Source of the DNA: Candidatus Latescibacterota bacterium
Lineage (GTDB): Bacteria; Latescibacterota; UBA2968
Reading direction: 5' to 3'
Length of the DNA stretch: 64,000 nt
NCBI GenBank assembly: GCA_965204375.1
Contig: OZ241986.1
Location: 3,456,001 to 3,520,000 of the forward strand
The notes under the pieces were generated by a model. It worked only from the letters and a program-made list of their open reading frames with translations, did not search any database and was not told the origin of the DNA. This document shows, piece by piece, positions 45,773-56,996 of this stretch. The position numbers were made by a program, and so were the translations under genes. Numbering within the stretch: the first letter of the stretch is position 1; each line of letters opens with the position of its first letter.

Positions 45773-46930
45773 TTAATGCAAGTGACGGAAACGAAGATCC
45801 CTGAAAGCTGTTTTGCATTCCCATACATTCAGCGCAATCGGTCCCGATTGATAGCTGAAATCCGTCACCTGATTGATCAGCTTGCCATCAATATATGAAG
45901 TAAGAGATGCGCCTCGGGCGGCGATTTGCACATCGTATTCCTGTCCATGCTCAATGGGATAGTTGACCACACTGAGCTTGGTTAGCCCCTCAGGCGTAAC
46001 TTTGCTAATGGCGACAGCCTGCCAGCCCAATAAGAAATCCAACAAATACCAGCACCGTTCGTCTTCGGACATCCGGAAGAAAACCTGAGCATTGCCGCCT
46101 GAAATGGGCGTGATGAGAAGAGACAGTTCATAACTTCCCCAGGAAGAGTCACCTATAATAAGCGGAGAACTGTAATCACTTGAGGGGTCTGCTTCACCCA
46201 CGATACCATCATCCGTACGCGTCCAAACGCGATGCAAAGACGCTTCGGTATGTCCCTTTGCGGGTCGCCAATCTGCCAATCCATCGCCCTGGATCAATTT
46301 CTCCCAGTGGATAACCCCTCTCATTCCACCAATGACTCTGCGCCCGTAATCTTCCTGATTTTCCTGATCTACAAGTGTTCCATTTCCCATGACTAAAAGC
46401 CTCCTTTTTAGTTGTTTCCGCGATCTATGTAACCGACTTTTGACAGTACCCACTGGAATACCAAGGATACTGGCAATCTGATCCTGACGTAATCCGACCA
46501 GATAAAACAGCGTAGTAACCATCCGATCCGCTGGGGCGAGCAATGCAAAAGCCCGCTTCAGAGCAGATGCGTACTGCGGCTCCACCGTTTTTTCAGGATG
46601 CACAAACTCGAGCTGTTGATATTCCTGCACCCTTGATAATCCCCGCGCCTCAAGGGTTCGCTTTCTCACCCATTTGAGAGCCACATTGCGCGCAATGGTA
46701 TAAAGCCAGGATGAGAATTTGCCAACATCATCGAGTTGGTTGAGATTCCGATAGGCAAGAATAAATGTCTCTTGCGTGGCATCTTCGGTATCATCAGCAT
46801 CTTGCAGCACAGCCCATATAACTCCAAACACCAGAGATCGGTGCTGGTTAATCAGATCGGCAAATGCCCGCTCATCGCCACCACAGGCTTTATCAACCAG
46901 GGTCTTATCGCCTGATAATGAATCATTCAT
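45773..46930 (-). CDS. ECF sigma-70 factor fused to a C-terminal DUF1080-like beta-sandwich domain
   Basis: GDERAF..L, EDATQETF, FSSWLYTIARN, GTVKSRLHRSR, then W...GIVG...YELSL...GPIAL..W...FRDLRF. Confidence 0.85.
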   Translation of the reverse strand: MNDSLSGDKTLVDKACGGDERAFADLINQHRSLVFGVIWAVLQDADDTEDATQETFILAYRNLNQLDDVGKFSSWLYTIARNVALKWVRKRTLEARGLSRVQEYQQLEFVHPEKTVEPQYASALKRAFALLAPADRMVTTLFYLVGLRQDQIASILGIPVGTVKSRLHRSRKQLKRRLLVMGNGTLVDQENQEDYGRRVIGGMRGVIHWEKLIQGDGLADWRPAKGHTEASLHRVWTRTDDGIVGEADPSSDYSSPLIIGDSSWGSYELSLLITPISGGNAQVFFRMSEDERCWYLLDFLLGWQAVAISKVTPEGLTKLSVVNYPIEHGQEYDVQIAARGASLTSYIDGKLINQVTDFSYQSGPIALNVWECKTAFRDLRFRHLH

Positions 46931-47193
46931 CAGAGTACTCCGATACGCGCGTTCATACAATAGATTCAGTTTTTGACAGAAGGTTCACGAATTTTTCACA
47001 ACTAACGTTTCTCTACGATCAAGTGTTCATTTTCGGACACCACTGTATCAAAATCGGACACTTTATAAGACCCTAATTTCAGGTAATTTTCGTAACCTAT
47101 TGTTATATCAATATTTGACTTTTCTGGCATAATTTTTGCTTCATAATTGTATAACCCATAGTACTTACCTCTCAATAGAGACGGAGGCCCGAT

Positions 47194-49629
47194 ATGCTCT
47201 GGAATTACCTCACCGTTGGATTCAGAAATCTGCGTCGGCACGCCTTCTATTCAACCCTGAATATCCTGGGATTGGCTGTGGGTATTGCGTGCATGTTATT
47301 GGCGGTATTGTATGTGGGTTATCAGTTTCGCTTTGACCAGCACCACGAAAAGAGCGACCGCATTTACAGAGTCATCCGAAAAATCAAGGATGTCAGCGGC
47401 GAGCGCTACGACCTGGGGACAAAGCCCGTCGCCCCTCATCTGCGCGGTAAATTTCCCGAAGTTGAGGCAGTGACCCGAATGCTCGTCAGGGGTATGTGGG
47501 CATCGAACGAAGACCGCGGTTTCAATACGCGCGTGTGCATAACCGATGCGGAAATGTTCGATATCTTTACACTACCGATGGTAGTCGGCGATCCCAAAAC
47601 CGGACTAAACGATCCCCATACCGCGTTTCTCTCTCAGACATTGGCTCACAAGCTATTCGGCGATGAAGCCCCGATAGGCAAAACCGTCAACATTCACTAC
47701 AAATGGTTTAAGGGCGACTTCACAGTTACCGGTATCCTGCAAGATCAACCCAGGACATCAAATGACAAGCTACAGTTCGATTTTCTCACCACCACATATC
47801 CACAACCATCGGAACAATATCCGGAAAACGGATGGCGACGACTCGTATGGGACGAATGGCCTTCAAATTGGTTCATCGGACCGTTGCGGACTTATGTGCT
47901 GTTGCGTCAGGGAGCCGATATTGCTGAACTGGAGAAAAAACTACACGCTTTTGCTGCCGACCACCAGATTGACGGTCCTGAACGCTATGACTTCTACTTG
48001 CAACCGTTCGACCGCATCCACCTGTACTCAATGCAAGATTACGGCACAGCAGAGATCAACGCCGGGGACATCACGCGCTGCTATACGCTGCTATTCATTG
48101 GACTACTCGTACTGTTGATCGCCTGCATCAATTATATCAACCTGATAACGGCGCGGTCAGCCAGTCGGCTGCGCGAAGTTGGCATGCGCAAGGTCGTGGG
48201 TGCAACGCGGTTGCAGTTGATGGGTCAATTTTTGGGCGAGTCCCTGTTCATCGTCTTATTGGCAGGTGTGCTGGCCGTGTTATTTGCCTCCGATGCACTG
48301 CCCTTTTTCAATGAATTCATGGACGTTGATCTGCATTTGATTGACGCGGGTACAGTATTCGTCCTGGCGCTCTCGTTATGCGTATTACTGGGCACAGGCC
48401 TGCTCGCCGGGAGCTATCCGGCATTTGTCTTATCGGCATTCGAGCCTGTTCGCGCGTTAAAAGGCACGCTACAATCTCGACACATGAGGTTGAATCAACT
48501 GATGGTTGTGCTGCAGTTCGGCATATCTGTGGTCTTGATCATCACGACGCTGGTGGTGTATAGTCAGCTTACATTCGTGCGTACCAAAGAACTGGGATTT
48601 GAAAAGGAACACATTGTCATGATGCCGTTCTTTTTGAAAGACCGCGGACTGCGGCCAAAGGCGGGAGCCATCGTCAATGAATTTCGCGCACAACCGGGTG
48701 TGTTGAAAGCATCGGCATTTCACACACCGCCTGGGCGAATCGCTGTGGATAGACGCATTCTGCGCGCCGAAGGGCATGGCGATGCGACATTCAAGCTGTA
48801 CTGGAACGGCATTGATGACAACTATCTCGATCTGTTCGGATTGTCCATTGTATCGGGCAGGAGCCTGATTGGTATGCCTAACTTTCGCAGAATCGACGAA
48901 AACAAATGGGAAGGTTCTGCATTGATCAATGAGACAGCCGCACGGGAACTCGGATGGGACAATCCCGTGGGCAAGTCTTTTTTTTCTTCTGGTGGTCGGA
49001 TTCAGACCCGGGTAATCGGCTTAGTCAAGGATTACCACAACCAGTCGCTGCACCACGGCATTGCACCCCTGATATTGGAAAACTCCCCCAGTTTGCATTG
49101 GGTCGCCGTGCGCCTGGCACCCGGCGATCTGAAGGCGCAACTCACCGCGCTGGAAAGCGTGTGGAAGCAGTTTTTGCCGGGCCGACCTTTTGAGTATCAA
49201 TTCTTCGACGAAGTACTCGACGGGTATTACCGATCAGAGATAACACTGCAAAAAGTGTGCAGCGTTTTTGCCGCGCTGTCCATCTTCATCAGTTGTTTGG
49301 GAATGCTCGGATTGATCGCATTTGCCACACAACAGCGCACCAAAGAGATCGGCATTCGCAAGGTACTCGGTGCTTCGGAGGGCAAAATCATTCTGTTGCT
49401 GACCCGCAATTTTCTGTGGCTAACTGTCATAGCCAACGTAATCGGATGGCCGGTGGCGTATTTTCTCATGTCCTCCTGGCTCAATGATTTCGCCTACCGC
49501 ATCGAACTGGGGCCACTCATGTTCATTGCAACAGGGCTATTGACGCTGGGGATTGTACTTGTAACCGTATGCGGACAAGCCTGGCGTGCGGCCTGTGCCA
49601 ATCCGGTTGACGCGCTGCGGGATGAGTAA
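47194..49629 (+). CDS. duplicated MacB/FtsX-like ABC permease 1
   Basis: MLWNYLTVGFRNL, INYINLITARS..REVGMRKVVGA, NPVDALRDE. Confidence 0.92.
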   Translation: MLWNYLTVGFRNLRRHAFYSTLNILGLAVGIACMLLAVLYVGYQFRFDQHHEKSDRIYRVIRKIKDVSGERYDLGTKPVAPHLRGKFPEVEAVTRMLVRGMWASNEDRGFNTRVCITDAEMFDIFTLPMVVGDPKTGLNDPHTAFLSQTLAHKLFGDEAPIGKTVNIHYKWFKGDFTVTGILQDQPRTSNDKLQFDFLTTTYPQPSEQYPENGWRRLVWDEWPSNWFIGPLRTYVLLRQGADIAELEKKLHAFAADHQIDGPERYDFYLQPFDRIHLYSMQDYGTAEINAGDITRCYTLLFIGLLVLLIACINYINLITARSASRLREVGMRKVVGATRLQLMGQFLGESLFIVLLAGVLAVLFASDALPFFNEFMDVDLHLIDAGTVFVLALSLCVLLGTGLLAGSYPAFVLSAFEPVRALKGTLQSRHMRLNQLMVVLQFGISVVLIITTLVVYSQLTFVRTKELGFEKEHIVMMPFFLKDRGLRPKAGAIVNEFRAQPGVLKASAFHTPPGRIAVDRRILRAEGHGDATFKLYWNGIDDNYLDLFGLSIVSGRSLIGMPNFRRIDENKWEGSALINETAARELGWDNPVGKSFFSSGGRIQTRVIGLVKDYHNQSLHHGIAPLILENSPSLHWVAVRLAPGDLKAQLTALESVWKQFLPGRPFEYQFFDEVLDGYYRSEITLQKVCSVFAALSIFISCLGMLGLIAFATQQRTKEIGIRKVLGASEGKIILLLTRNFLWLTVIANVIGWPVAYFLMSSWLNDFAYRIELGPLMFIATGLLTLGIVLVTVCGQAWRAACANPVDALRDE

Positions 49630-49704
49630 ACGACTCAGGAATTCGCTTAAAAAAAAGAATGAACACCAATGAACAGTACTGAGTCCTCCAAAGGAGACAT
49701 TACG

Positions 49705-52134
49705 ATGTTTCGCAATTATATCCTCATAGCAGTTCGAAACTTGCTCAAGTATAAATTTTATTCCGCTATAAACATCATTGGACTTGGAATAGGTATCGCC
49801 TCTGTAATCTTGATCATGCTATTTATTAAGGATCAATATAGCTATGATGTCCAACATGAGGATCGGGACCGAATTTATCGTGTGATTCGAGCATATAAGT
49901 CTGAAAATGGGGAAAAAGTATATGATTGGAGATTGTCTGGTGCGGCAGGCCCTGCACTGGTTCAAGATCTTCCCGAAGTTGAGGCAGCCGTTCGCATTAT
50001 GATACGTCGTGAATGGATTCAACACGAGGATAAGATTTTTAATCAAGCCTTTTGCCTCGCCGATCCCAATTTCCTGGATATTTTCACGTTTCCTCTTATT
50101 CGCGGAGATAAAACAGCGTTATTACAACCGAACTCGGTTTTGATAACCGAATCAGCCGCAAAAAAGTTTTTTGGCGAAAAAGACCCAATCGGAAAAGTGA
50201 TCAATGTAGGAGAAGGTTACGTCAAGGGGGATTACACGATTGCTGGTATCATGCGCGATGTCTCAAGCACATTGCAATTTGATTTTCTTTCAGCCTCAGT
50301 TCATCCAGAATTTACCACCTGGCATGAATGGCGGCCCAGAGCCAGATGGCGTGCATTTTCCATTTATGTGCTATTGAAAAAGAACATTTCTCCAGCCTCT
50401 CTCGAATCTAAATTTCCCGCATTTATTGAACGCTATATGGGGCGAGAGATTGCCGTAAACATGGCGTATTTTTTACAACCTTTAGAGGAAGTTTATCTTT
50501 ATTCCAAACGGGATTACGATCTCAGGCATACGTATGCATCGGAGGGTAAGATACCCCAGGGTAACATCACACAGGTCAACACGGTATTTTTTGCAGCAAT
50601 TTTTATTTTGCTTATTGCCTGTATCAACTTCACAAATTTGGCAACTGCACGATCTGCAAATAGAGCCAGGGAAGTTGGCCTTCGGAAAGTCGTTGGTGCC
50701 AGTCGAAAAAATTTGATATGTCAGTTCATAGGAGAATCATCCTTATTGGCAGTTATAAGTTTAGTGATCGGCATTAGCATCGTAGAACTCGCACTGCCAA
50801 TATTGAATACCTATGCGGGAACCAATCTCTCCCTGGATTTCAGCAGCGGTTTAATACTGGAATTTCTGGGATTGGCGCTATTGGTCAGCCTTATAGGAGG
50901 ATTCTATCCGGCGTTTTATTTATCACACTTTCGACCTATAGAAACACTGAGGGGAAGGCTTAATACAGGATCTCGAGGTAAGGTGCTACGGCAAGGCCTC
51001 ATCATATTTCAATTTGGGATATCAATCGTCTTGATTGTTGTGACATTTATTGTGCTCGAACAGGTACGCTATATCCAAAATAAGAACCTTGGCTTCGTCA
51101 AAGATCAGGTAATCGCAATGCCGATCTTCTGGGAACATCGCAAATCACCAGATGGAATGAGCGATTCCCTGAATACAAGATATAATGTTGTAAAACAAGC
51201 ATTTTTACAACATCCGAACATTACCAGAGCCACCATATCGCGTTTTAAGCACGGAATAGATGCGCCTCTTAATTCCTTCAATGCTTATCAGGGTGAACAA
51301 AACGAGCGGTGGATGCAAATAAACGAGGTTGATGAAGACTTTATTCCGTTTTTTGACATTGAATTGATTGCTGGCCGAAATTTTTCAAAAAATGCTGTAA
51401 GTAACTTTTTTACAGGGGAACAGGAATATATCCTCAATGAGGCAGCTATTAAGGCACTGGGATGGACAGAGCCGATAGGCAAAAGATTTGGATTTAAAGG
51501 GCAGGAATCAGGCGTCGTTGTAGGCGTTGTAAAAAACTATCACACGCAATCTTTGTATGAATCTATTGAACCTGTGGTATTATGTCCCAGTAATTATGTG
51601 GCTAAAATACTCTACCTTAGAGTCTCACCTGAATACTTCGACGAAACAGTAGCATTTATGAAGCAAACTTGGGAACAATTTCTACCTTCTCGTCCCTTCA
51701 GCTATACTTTCTTGGATGATGATTTAATGCAGCAATATGAAAATGAACGCCAATTGGGCAAAGCTATTGGTGTGTTCTCTATGCTGTCTATCTTTATAGC
51801 TTGCCTGGGGCTTTTGGGCCTTGTTTCATTTATGACCGAACAGAGGAGAAAGGAAGTAGGGATCCGGAAGGTACTGGGTGCGTCAGAAACCAATATCATC
51901 ACGTTAATGCTTACAGAGTCTTTTAAGCTTTTTCTAATTGCCTACCTGTTGGCAGGACCTATCTCTTATATGGCTATCACGAACTGGCTACAGGGATTCG
52001 CATATCGCATTGACATGACAATATTTCCTTTCTTAGTAGGCGGAATATGTGCATTTACCATATCTATATTTTCTGTGATACCCCAGGTATTGAAAGCGGC
52101 TCATATTAATCCTGTGGAGGCATTAAAACATTAA
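49705..52134 (+). CDS. duplicated MacB/FtsX-like ABC permease 2
   Basis: AAGGAG RBS, MFRNYILIAVRNL, same motifs; AT-richer than its neighbours. Confidence 0.92.
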   Translation: MFRNYILIAVRNLLKYKFYSAINIIGLGIGIASVILIMLFIKDQYSYDVQHEDRDRIYRVIRAYKSENGEKVYDWRLSGAAGPALVQDLPEVEAAVRIMIRREWIQHEDKIFNQAFCLADPNFLDIFTFPLIRGDKTALLQPNSVLITESAAKKFFGEKDPIGKVINVGEGYVKGDYTIAGIMRDVSSTLQFDFLSASVHPEFTTWHEWRPRARWRAFSIYVLLKKNISPASLESKFPAFIERYMGREIAVNMAYFLQPLEEVYLYSKRDYDLRHTYASEGKIPQGNITQVNTVFFAAIFILLIACINFTNLATARSANRAREVGLRKVVGASRKNLICQFIGESSLLAVISLVIGISIVELALPILNTYAGTNLSLDFSSGLILEFLGLALLVSLIGGFYPAFYLSHFRPIETLRGRLNTGSRGKVLRQGLIIFQFGISIVLIVVTFIVLEQVRYIQNKNLGFVKDQVIAMPIFWEHRKSPDGMSDSLNTRYNVVKQAFLQHPNITRATISRFKHGIDAPLNSFNAYQGEQNERWMQINEVDEDFIPFFDIELIAGRNFSKNAVSNFFTGEQEYILNEAAIKALGWTEPIGKRFGFKGQESGVVVGVVKNYHTQSLYESIEPVVLCPSNYVAKILYLRVSPEYFDETVAFMKQTWEQFLPSRPFSYTFLDDDLMQQYENERQLGKAIGVFSMLSIFIACLGLLGLVSFMTEQRRKEVGIRKVLGASETNIITLMLTESFKLFLIAYLLAGPISYMAITNWLQGFAYRIDMTIFPFLVGGICAFTISIFSVIPQVLKAAHINPVEALKH

Positions 52135-52163
52135 ATAACCAACGCTTCAAGATGGGGGGCAAA

Positions 52164-54575
52164 ATGGTTTTGAGTTATCTCCGCACATCTTTCCGCAATC
52201 TTTTTCGGCACCGCCTTTACACGCTCGTCAACATCTTTGGCCTTGCCGTGGGAATGGCGGCTTGTATCCTCGTCGGTCTGTTCTTGCAGCACGAGTTCAG
52301 CTATGACGCTTATCATCGGGACATAGACCGCATTCATCGCGTAATGCGACTTGTACACCCATCAGGTGGCGGCCTTCCATACTATCCACTCGGCACTCAG
52401 GACCAGGCTGGTCCCACACTGATCGATGAATTACCCGAAATTGAGGATATGACCCACTTCATCACGCGCCCCATGTGGGCTGGCCTTGAAGACCGCGGCT
52501 TTGATGTGCGCGGTACTGTGGCCGATCCCAATTTCCTGCGCTTTTTCACCTTTCCATTAATTGACGGAAGCCAGCCACCCGAATTAAAACCTGGCTCCGT
52601 CTATATTACCGAAAGTTTTGCACAAAAGCTCTTTGGCACCACAGACGTTATTGGTCAAACGCTCAAAATTTACTACAAGTGGGTGGAAGGCGACTTCTAC
52701 ATCGGCGGTATTCTCCGCGACCAGCCGGCTGCCACATCGGGTGAGTTTGTGTTTGACCTGTTAATCACTTATGAAGGAACCTCTAGCCCCGCAAGTCCAC
52801 CATGGAGAAGGCAGTGGAATCCCGGAACAAGATTGCTCGTTCTGAAAACCTTTGTTCGGCTCGCGCCTGATGCTTCCCTATCATCTATTCGCCCCAAGCT
52901 CCATGATTTTGCACGCCGTCATCTGGGCAATGGCGCAGACCCGCGTGACACCTATGACCTTCTGCCTTTGCGTCGTCAGCATTTGCATGCCCGACGCGAT
53001 TTTCAATTGCAGATGAGTGGATTGGACCGGCAGGCTGGTCTTGTTTTGGGAGACATCAACCGCTGCTATACTTTTGGCCTTGTAGGAGCAATCATTTTGG
53101 CACTGGCATGTGTCAACTTCATAAACCTCTCCACAGCACGGGGAGCGAACCGCGCTCTGGAAGTTGGTGTGCGCAAGGCCGTGGGATCCACACGCGCCCA
53201 GCTTGTCGTCCAGTTTCTCGGAGAGACAATTCTCCTTGCTGGGATATCGGCTATTTTGGCACTCGCCATTGTCGAGCTCACCCTTCCCACAGTCAACAAC
53301 CTGCTAATTTCTTCTTTACAAATAAACACCTGGTCCGTCGTCGGTACTGCATTGCTCGCACTTTTTGTCGGTCTAACTGCGGGTGTCTATCCAGCAATGT
53401 TCTTATCATCTTTTGCTGCAGTGCAAGTTCTAAAAGGATCAGGACAGAAGATCGGCGGGCGATCCCAACTCCGGCGAAGTCTGGTAACTTTCCAATTTGC
53501 CATTTCGGTAGCCCTCGTCATTGGTACGCTCGTTGCCTGGCAGCAAACAAACTATATCCGCACACGCGACCTCGGGTTTGCAAAAGAGGGCTTAATTACA
53601 ATGCCTCTATTTAAAGAAGATCGACGCTTGCGCGAGCACTTTGAAAGTATTCGAGACCGTTTTGAGACAGGTCCCGATGTTCTGGACGCAACTGTTTCCC
53701 TGTTTCCGCCCGGTTCTGAAAATAATACTGATCTCTCGTTGATCAGACGGCTGGACTACGCAGATTCCGTGAATGTTCACTACCTGCCGGTGGATCACAA
53801 ATTTACCGAAGTCTATGACATCTCCATCCTCGAAGGTAGGCCGTTGGCCCTAACTGACAAAGACCAATTAAACTTACTCCTGAACGAAACAGCCGCTCAG
53901 GCACTGGGTGACGCAAAACCGGGTACCATCCTGCGCGTTTGGGGTAGGGATTGCACTGTCGTCGGTATTTTCAAAGACTTTCACAACAGCAGTCTGCACA
54001 ATCCCGTGCGCCCCCTGATGCTTGTATATCGACCCTGGTACGATTATGTCACCGTCAAAGTGCGTATGGACAACCTGCCCAAAACACTGGATTTTCTCGC
54101 ATCAGTCTGGAAGGATTTTGTACCAGCTCACGCCTTCAAATTCCTCTTTGTCGATGATTTCTTAAACAACTTCTACCGCGGCGAGATGCGTACTCAGAAA
54201 GCCTTCACCTATCTTTCGGGCCTGGCCATTTTTGTCGCCTGTCTGGGTCTTTTGGGCCTGATTGCCTATACCACAGAAGTTCGCACCAAAGAAATCGGCG
54301 TTCGCAAAGTCCTTGGAGCATCGTCTGGCAATATTCTAATTCTTCTATTGAAGGAATTTGCAGTACTCATCATCATCGCAAGTTTGCTGGCCTGGCCTGC
54401 CGCATATCTCTTCACCCGTTCCTATCTCGACCGCTTTGCCTACCGAATCGATCTGGATCCGAGCGTATTTCTCGCTGGCAGCCTGCTGGTGCTGTTGATC
54501 GCATTCTGCACCATCAGCTTGCAGGCCATCCGCGCTGCACGCGCCAATCCAGTTGATGCGCTACGCTATGAGTGA
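52164..54575 (+). CDS. duplicated MacB/FtsX-like ABC permease 3
   Basis: MVLSYLRTSFRNL, NFINLSTARG..EVGVRKAVG, NPVDALRYE. Confidence 0.92.
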   Translation: MVLSYLRTSFRNLFRHRLYTLVNIFGLAVGMAACILVGLFLQHEFSYDAYHRDIDRIHRVMRLVHPSGGGLPYYPLGTQDQAGPTLIDELPEIEDMTHFITRPMWAGLEDRGFDVRGTVADPNFLRFFTFPLIDGSQPPELKPGSVYITESFAQKLFGTTDVIGQTLKIYYKWVEGDFYIGGILRDQPAATSGEFVFDLLITYEGTSSPASPPWRRQWNPGTRLLVLKTFVRLAPDASLSSIRPKLHDFARRHLGNGADPRDTYDLLPLRRQHLHARRDFQLQMSGLDRQAGLVLGDINRCYTFGLVGAIILALACVNFINLSTARGANRALEVGVRKAVGSTRAQLVVQFLGETILLAGISAILALAIVELTLPTVNNLLISSLQINTWSVVGTALLALFVGLTAGVYPAMFLSSFAAVQVLKGSGQKIGGRSQLRRSLVTFQFAISVALVIGTLVAWQQTNYIRTRDLGFAKEGLITMPLFKEDRRLREHFESIRDRFETGPDVLDATVSLFPPGSENNTDLSLIRRLDYADSVNVHYLPVDHKFTEVYDISILEGRPLALTDKDQLNLLLNETAAQALGDAKPGTILRVWGRDCTVVGIFKDFHNSSLHNPVRPLMLVYRPWYDYVTVKVRMDNLPKTLDFLASVWKDFVPAHAFKFLFVDDFLNNFYRGEMRTQKAFTYLSGLAIFVACLGLLGLIAYTTEVRTKEIGVRKVLGASSGNILILLLKEFAVLIIIASLLAWPAAYLFTRSYLDRFAYRIDLDPSVFLAGSLLVLLIAFCTISLQAIRAARANPVDALRYE

Positions 54576-54587
54576 AAGGAGGATGTG

Positions 54588-56948
54588 ATGTTCAAGAACT
54601 ATTTCACAACTGCGTTACGTAATTTCTTGCGACAGAAAACATATTCGTTTATCAACGTGGCGGGACTTTCTGTAGGGCTGGCCTGTAGTTTTTTGATCTT
54701 TATGTGGGCAAAGCATGAGATTACGTATGACCGATTTCATGAACAGGGCACGCAGATTTATCGGGTGATGCGCAATTATTCTGCAAATGACAAAATCTAT
54801 ACGTGGTCTGCTATTCCCATGCCACTGGCCAAAGTGTTAGTAGAAGAATACCCAGAGATTACCCACAATATTTTAATAACTCGGCAAAGACATCTCTTAT
54901 CTAAAGGCGATGAATTATTTCGAGAATCTGGTATATATGCCAGTCCTTCTTTTTTTAATGTTTTTACATTTCCACTTTTACAAGGTGATGCTCGAACGAT
55001 ATTGACAGAACCCAATGCCATTGCGATTTCAGAAAAATTGGCTGGTAAATATTTTGGACCAGATTGGGCGCGTCAATCGATTCTCGGACAAAGTTTGACG
55101 GTTGATCATCGCAAAAAATTTACCATTAAAGCGGTGTTTAGAGATGTACCGGGCAATTCCTCTCTGCGTTTTGAATTCGTGCTTCCAATAGAAGATTATA
55201 TCGCCGAAAACAAGTGGCTTGAGCATTGGGGCAATAGCAGTTTGCGACTTTATGTGAAACTGCGAGAGGATGCTGTCCTGGAAGATGTAAACGCAAAGAT
55301 CGAGCGTGTTCTCTTAGATCATTACAAAGGGACAACTGCCACGATTTTTTTGCAGCCCTTGTTGAATATGCACCTGTATTCTGAGTTTAAAAATGGCAAG
55401 TCAGTTGGAGGGCGTATTGAGTATGTGCAGATGTTTACATTTATTGCGCTGTTTATTTTGTGCATTGCCTGTATTAATTTTATGAATTTGGCTACGGCGA
55501 GATCTACTCAGCGCGCACGAGAGATTGGCGTTCGTAAAACCGTAGGAGCCAGTAAGCGAGAACTCATAGGTCAATTTATGGGCGAGTCGATGTTGATAAC
55601 GGTTTTTGCCTCAATTTTGGCTTTGGGTTTGGTTGAAATTTTCTTGCCCACATTTAATAGTCTGACAGACCAAGAACTTGTACTTGATTGGTTGGATATA
55701 CACATTTTGCCAGTTTTTTCAGGTATTACATTAGTAACAGGTCTAATCTCAGGGAGCTATCCGGCGTTTTATTTGTCGGGTTTTAACCCAATCGGCGTAT
55801 TGCGAGGTTCGTCGAAATCGGGATCGGGTGCTGTTTTTCTACGCCGAAGCCTTGTGATTTTTCAGTTTGTATTGGCAACTTTGATGATTATTGGCACACT
55901 GACGATTTATGAGCAAATAAATTATATCCTCAGCAAAAATCTGGGACTGGACCGTAAGAATGTGGTGTCTGTTGGTTTGGAAGGGCCAATAAAGCAACAA
56001 TTGGAAACCGTTAAGCAAGAACTTCTGCGCCAACCCGGCATTCAAAGCGTGGCGGCATCCAGTCAAAATCCACTATCCGTTAGCCATTCAACGAGCGATC
56101 CCAAATGGAATGGGAAAGACCCAGATTCTCAAATTGTATTTCACATTATCAACGCCGATTTTGATTTTGTTGAAACTATGAAAATGAAAGTGGTACACGG
56201 CAGAGCGTTTTCTGAGGCGATTGCAACCGATTCCTCAAATTATGTTGTAAACGAACAAATGGCACATGTGATGGGAATAGACAATCCGATTGGCGAAACG
56301 CTAAAATTTTGGGGAGATGAAGGTGAGATAATTGGCGTGGTTGAAGATTTTCATTTTCGTCCGATACATACGTCAATTGAGCCGCTGATTATTCGTATTG
56401 ATCCAACCTCTTGCAACAAGTTTTATATACGCACCAGGGCAGGGCAAACAGCCGAGGCATTGTCAAATTTGGAAAGGGTTTTCAAAAAATTCAATCCCAA
56501 CTATCCACTTGCATATCGATTTATGGATGAGGACTTTGAGCGAATGTATCGCAGAGAAAAGATGCTGGGACAATTGACCACCACTTTTGCTGCTTTGGCA
56601 ATTTTTATCTCCTGTTTGGGGTTGTTTGGTTTGGCGTCTTTTACCGCGGAACAGCGCACCAAAGAGATTGGAATTAGAAAGATATTGGGTGCTTCCGTTA
56701 CCAACTTGATTTTATTGCTTTCCAGAGAGTTTATCAAGTTGGTGGTGATTGCGTTTGTATTGGCCATACCTTTAGCCTATTACTTTATGACAGTGTGGTT
56801 GAACGCATTTGCCTATCGCATCAATATAGGGTTAGAAGTCTTTGTTTTCGCAGGTGGGGCATCATTTATTATTGCCTGGTTGACTGTGAGTTATCAAGCA
56901 CTCAAAGTGGCCTCTGCCAATCCTGTCGATGCCCTACGCAATGAATGA
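54588..56948 (+). CDS. duplicated MacB/FtsX-like ABC permease 4
   Basis: MFKNYFTTALRN, INFMNLATARS..REIGVRK, NPVDALRNE. Confidence 0.92.
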   Translation: MFKNYFTTALRNFLRQKTYSFINVAGLSVGLACSFLIFMWAKHEITYDRFHEQGTQIYRVMRNYSANDKIYTWSAIPMPLAKVLVEEYPEITHNILITRQRHLLSKGDELFRESGIYASPSFFNVFTFPLLQGDARTILTEPNAIAISEKLAGKYFGPDWARQSILGQSLTVDHRKKFTIKAVFRDVPGNSSLRFEFVLPIEDYIAENKWLEHWGNSSLRLYVKLREDAVLEDVNAKIERVLLDHYKGTTATIFLQPLLNMHLYSEFKNGKSVGGRIEYVQMFTFIALFILCIACINFMNLATARSTQRAREIGVRKTVGASKRELIGQFMGESMLITVFASILALGLVEIFLPTFNSLTDQELVLDWLDIHILPVFSGITLVTGLISGSYPAFYLSGFNPIGVLRGSSKSGSGAVFLRRSLVIFQFVLATLMIIGTLTIYEQINYILSKNLGLDRKNVVSVGLEGPIKQQLETVKQELLRQPGIQSVAASSQNPLSVSHSTSDPKWNGKDPDSQIVFHIINADFDFVETMKMKVVHGRAFSEAIATDSSNYVVNEQMAHVMGIDNPIGETLKFWGDEGEIIGVVEDFHFRPIHTSIEPLIIRIDPTSCNKFYIRTRAGQTAEALSNLERVFKKFNPNYPLAYRFMDEDFERMYRREKMLGQLTTTFAALAIFISCLGLFGLASFTAEQRTKEIGIRKILGASVTNLILLLSREFIKLVVIAFVLAIPLAYYFMTVWLNAFAYRINIGLEVFVFAGGASFIIAWLTVSYQALKVASANPVDALRNE

Positions 56949-56996
56949 AATCTGCCTCTGTTCAACCGCTGTCGCGGATTAAACTGGCCTCTTCTC

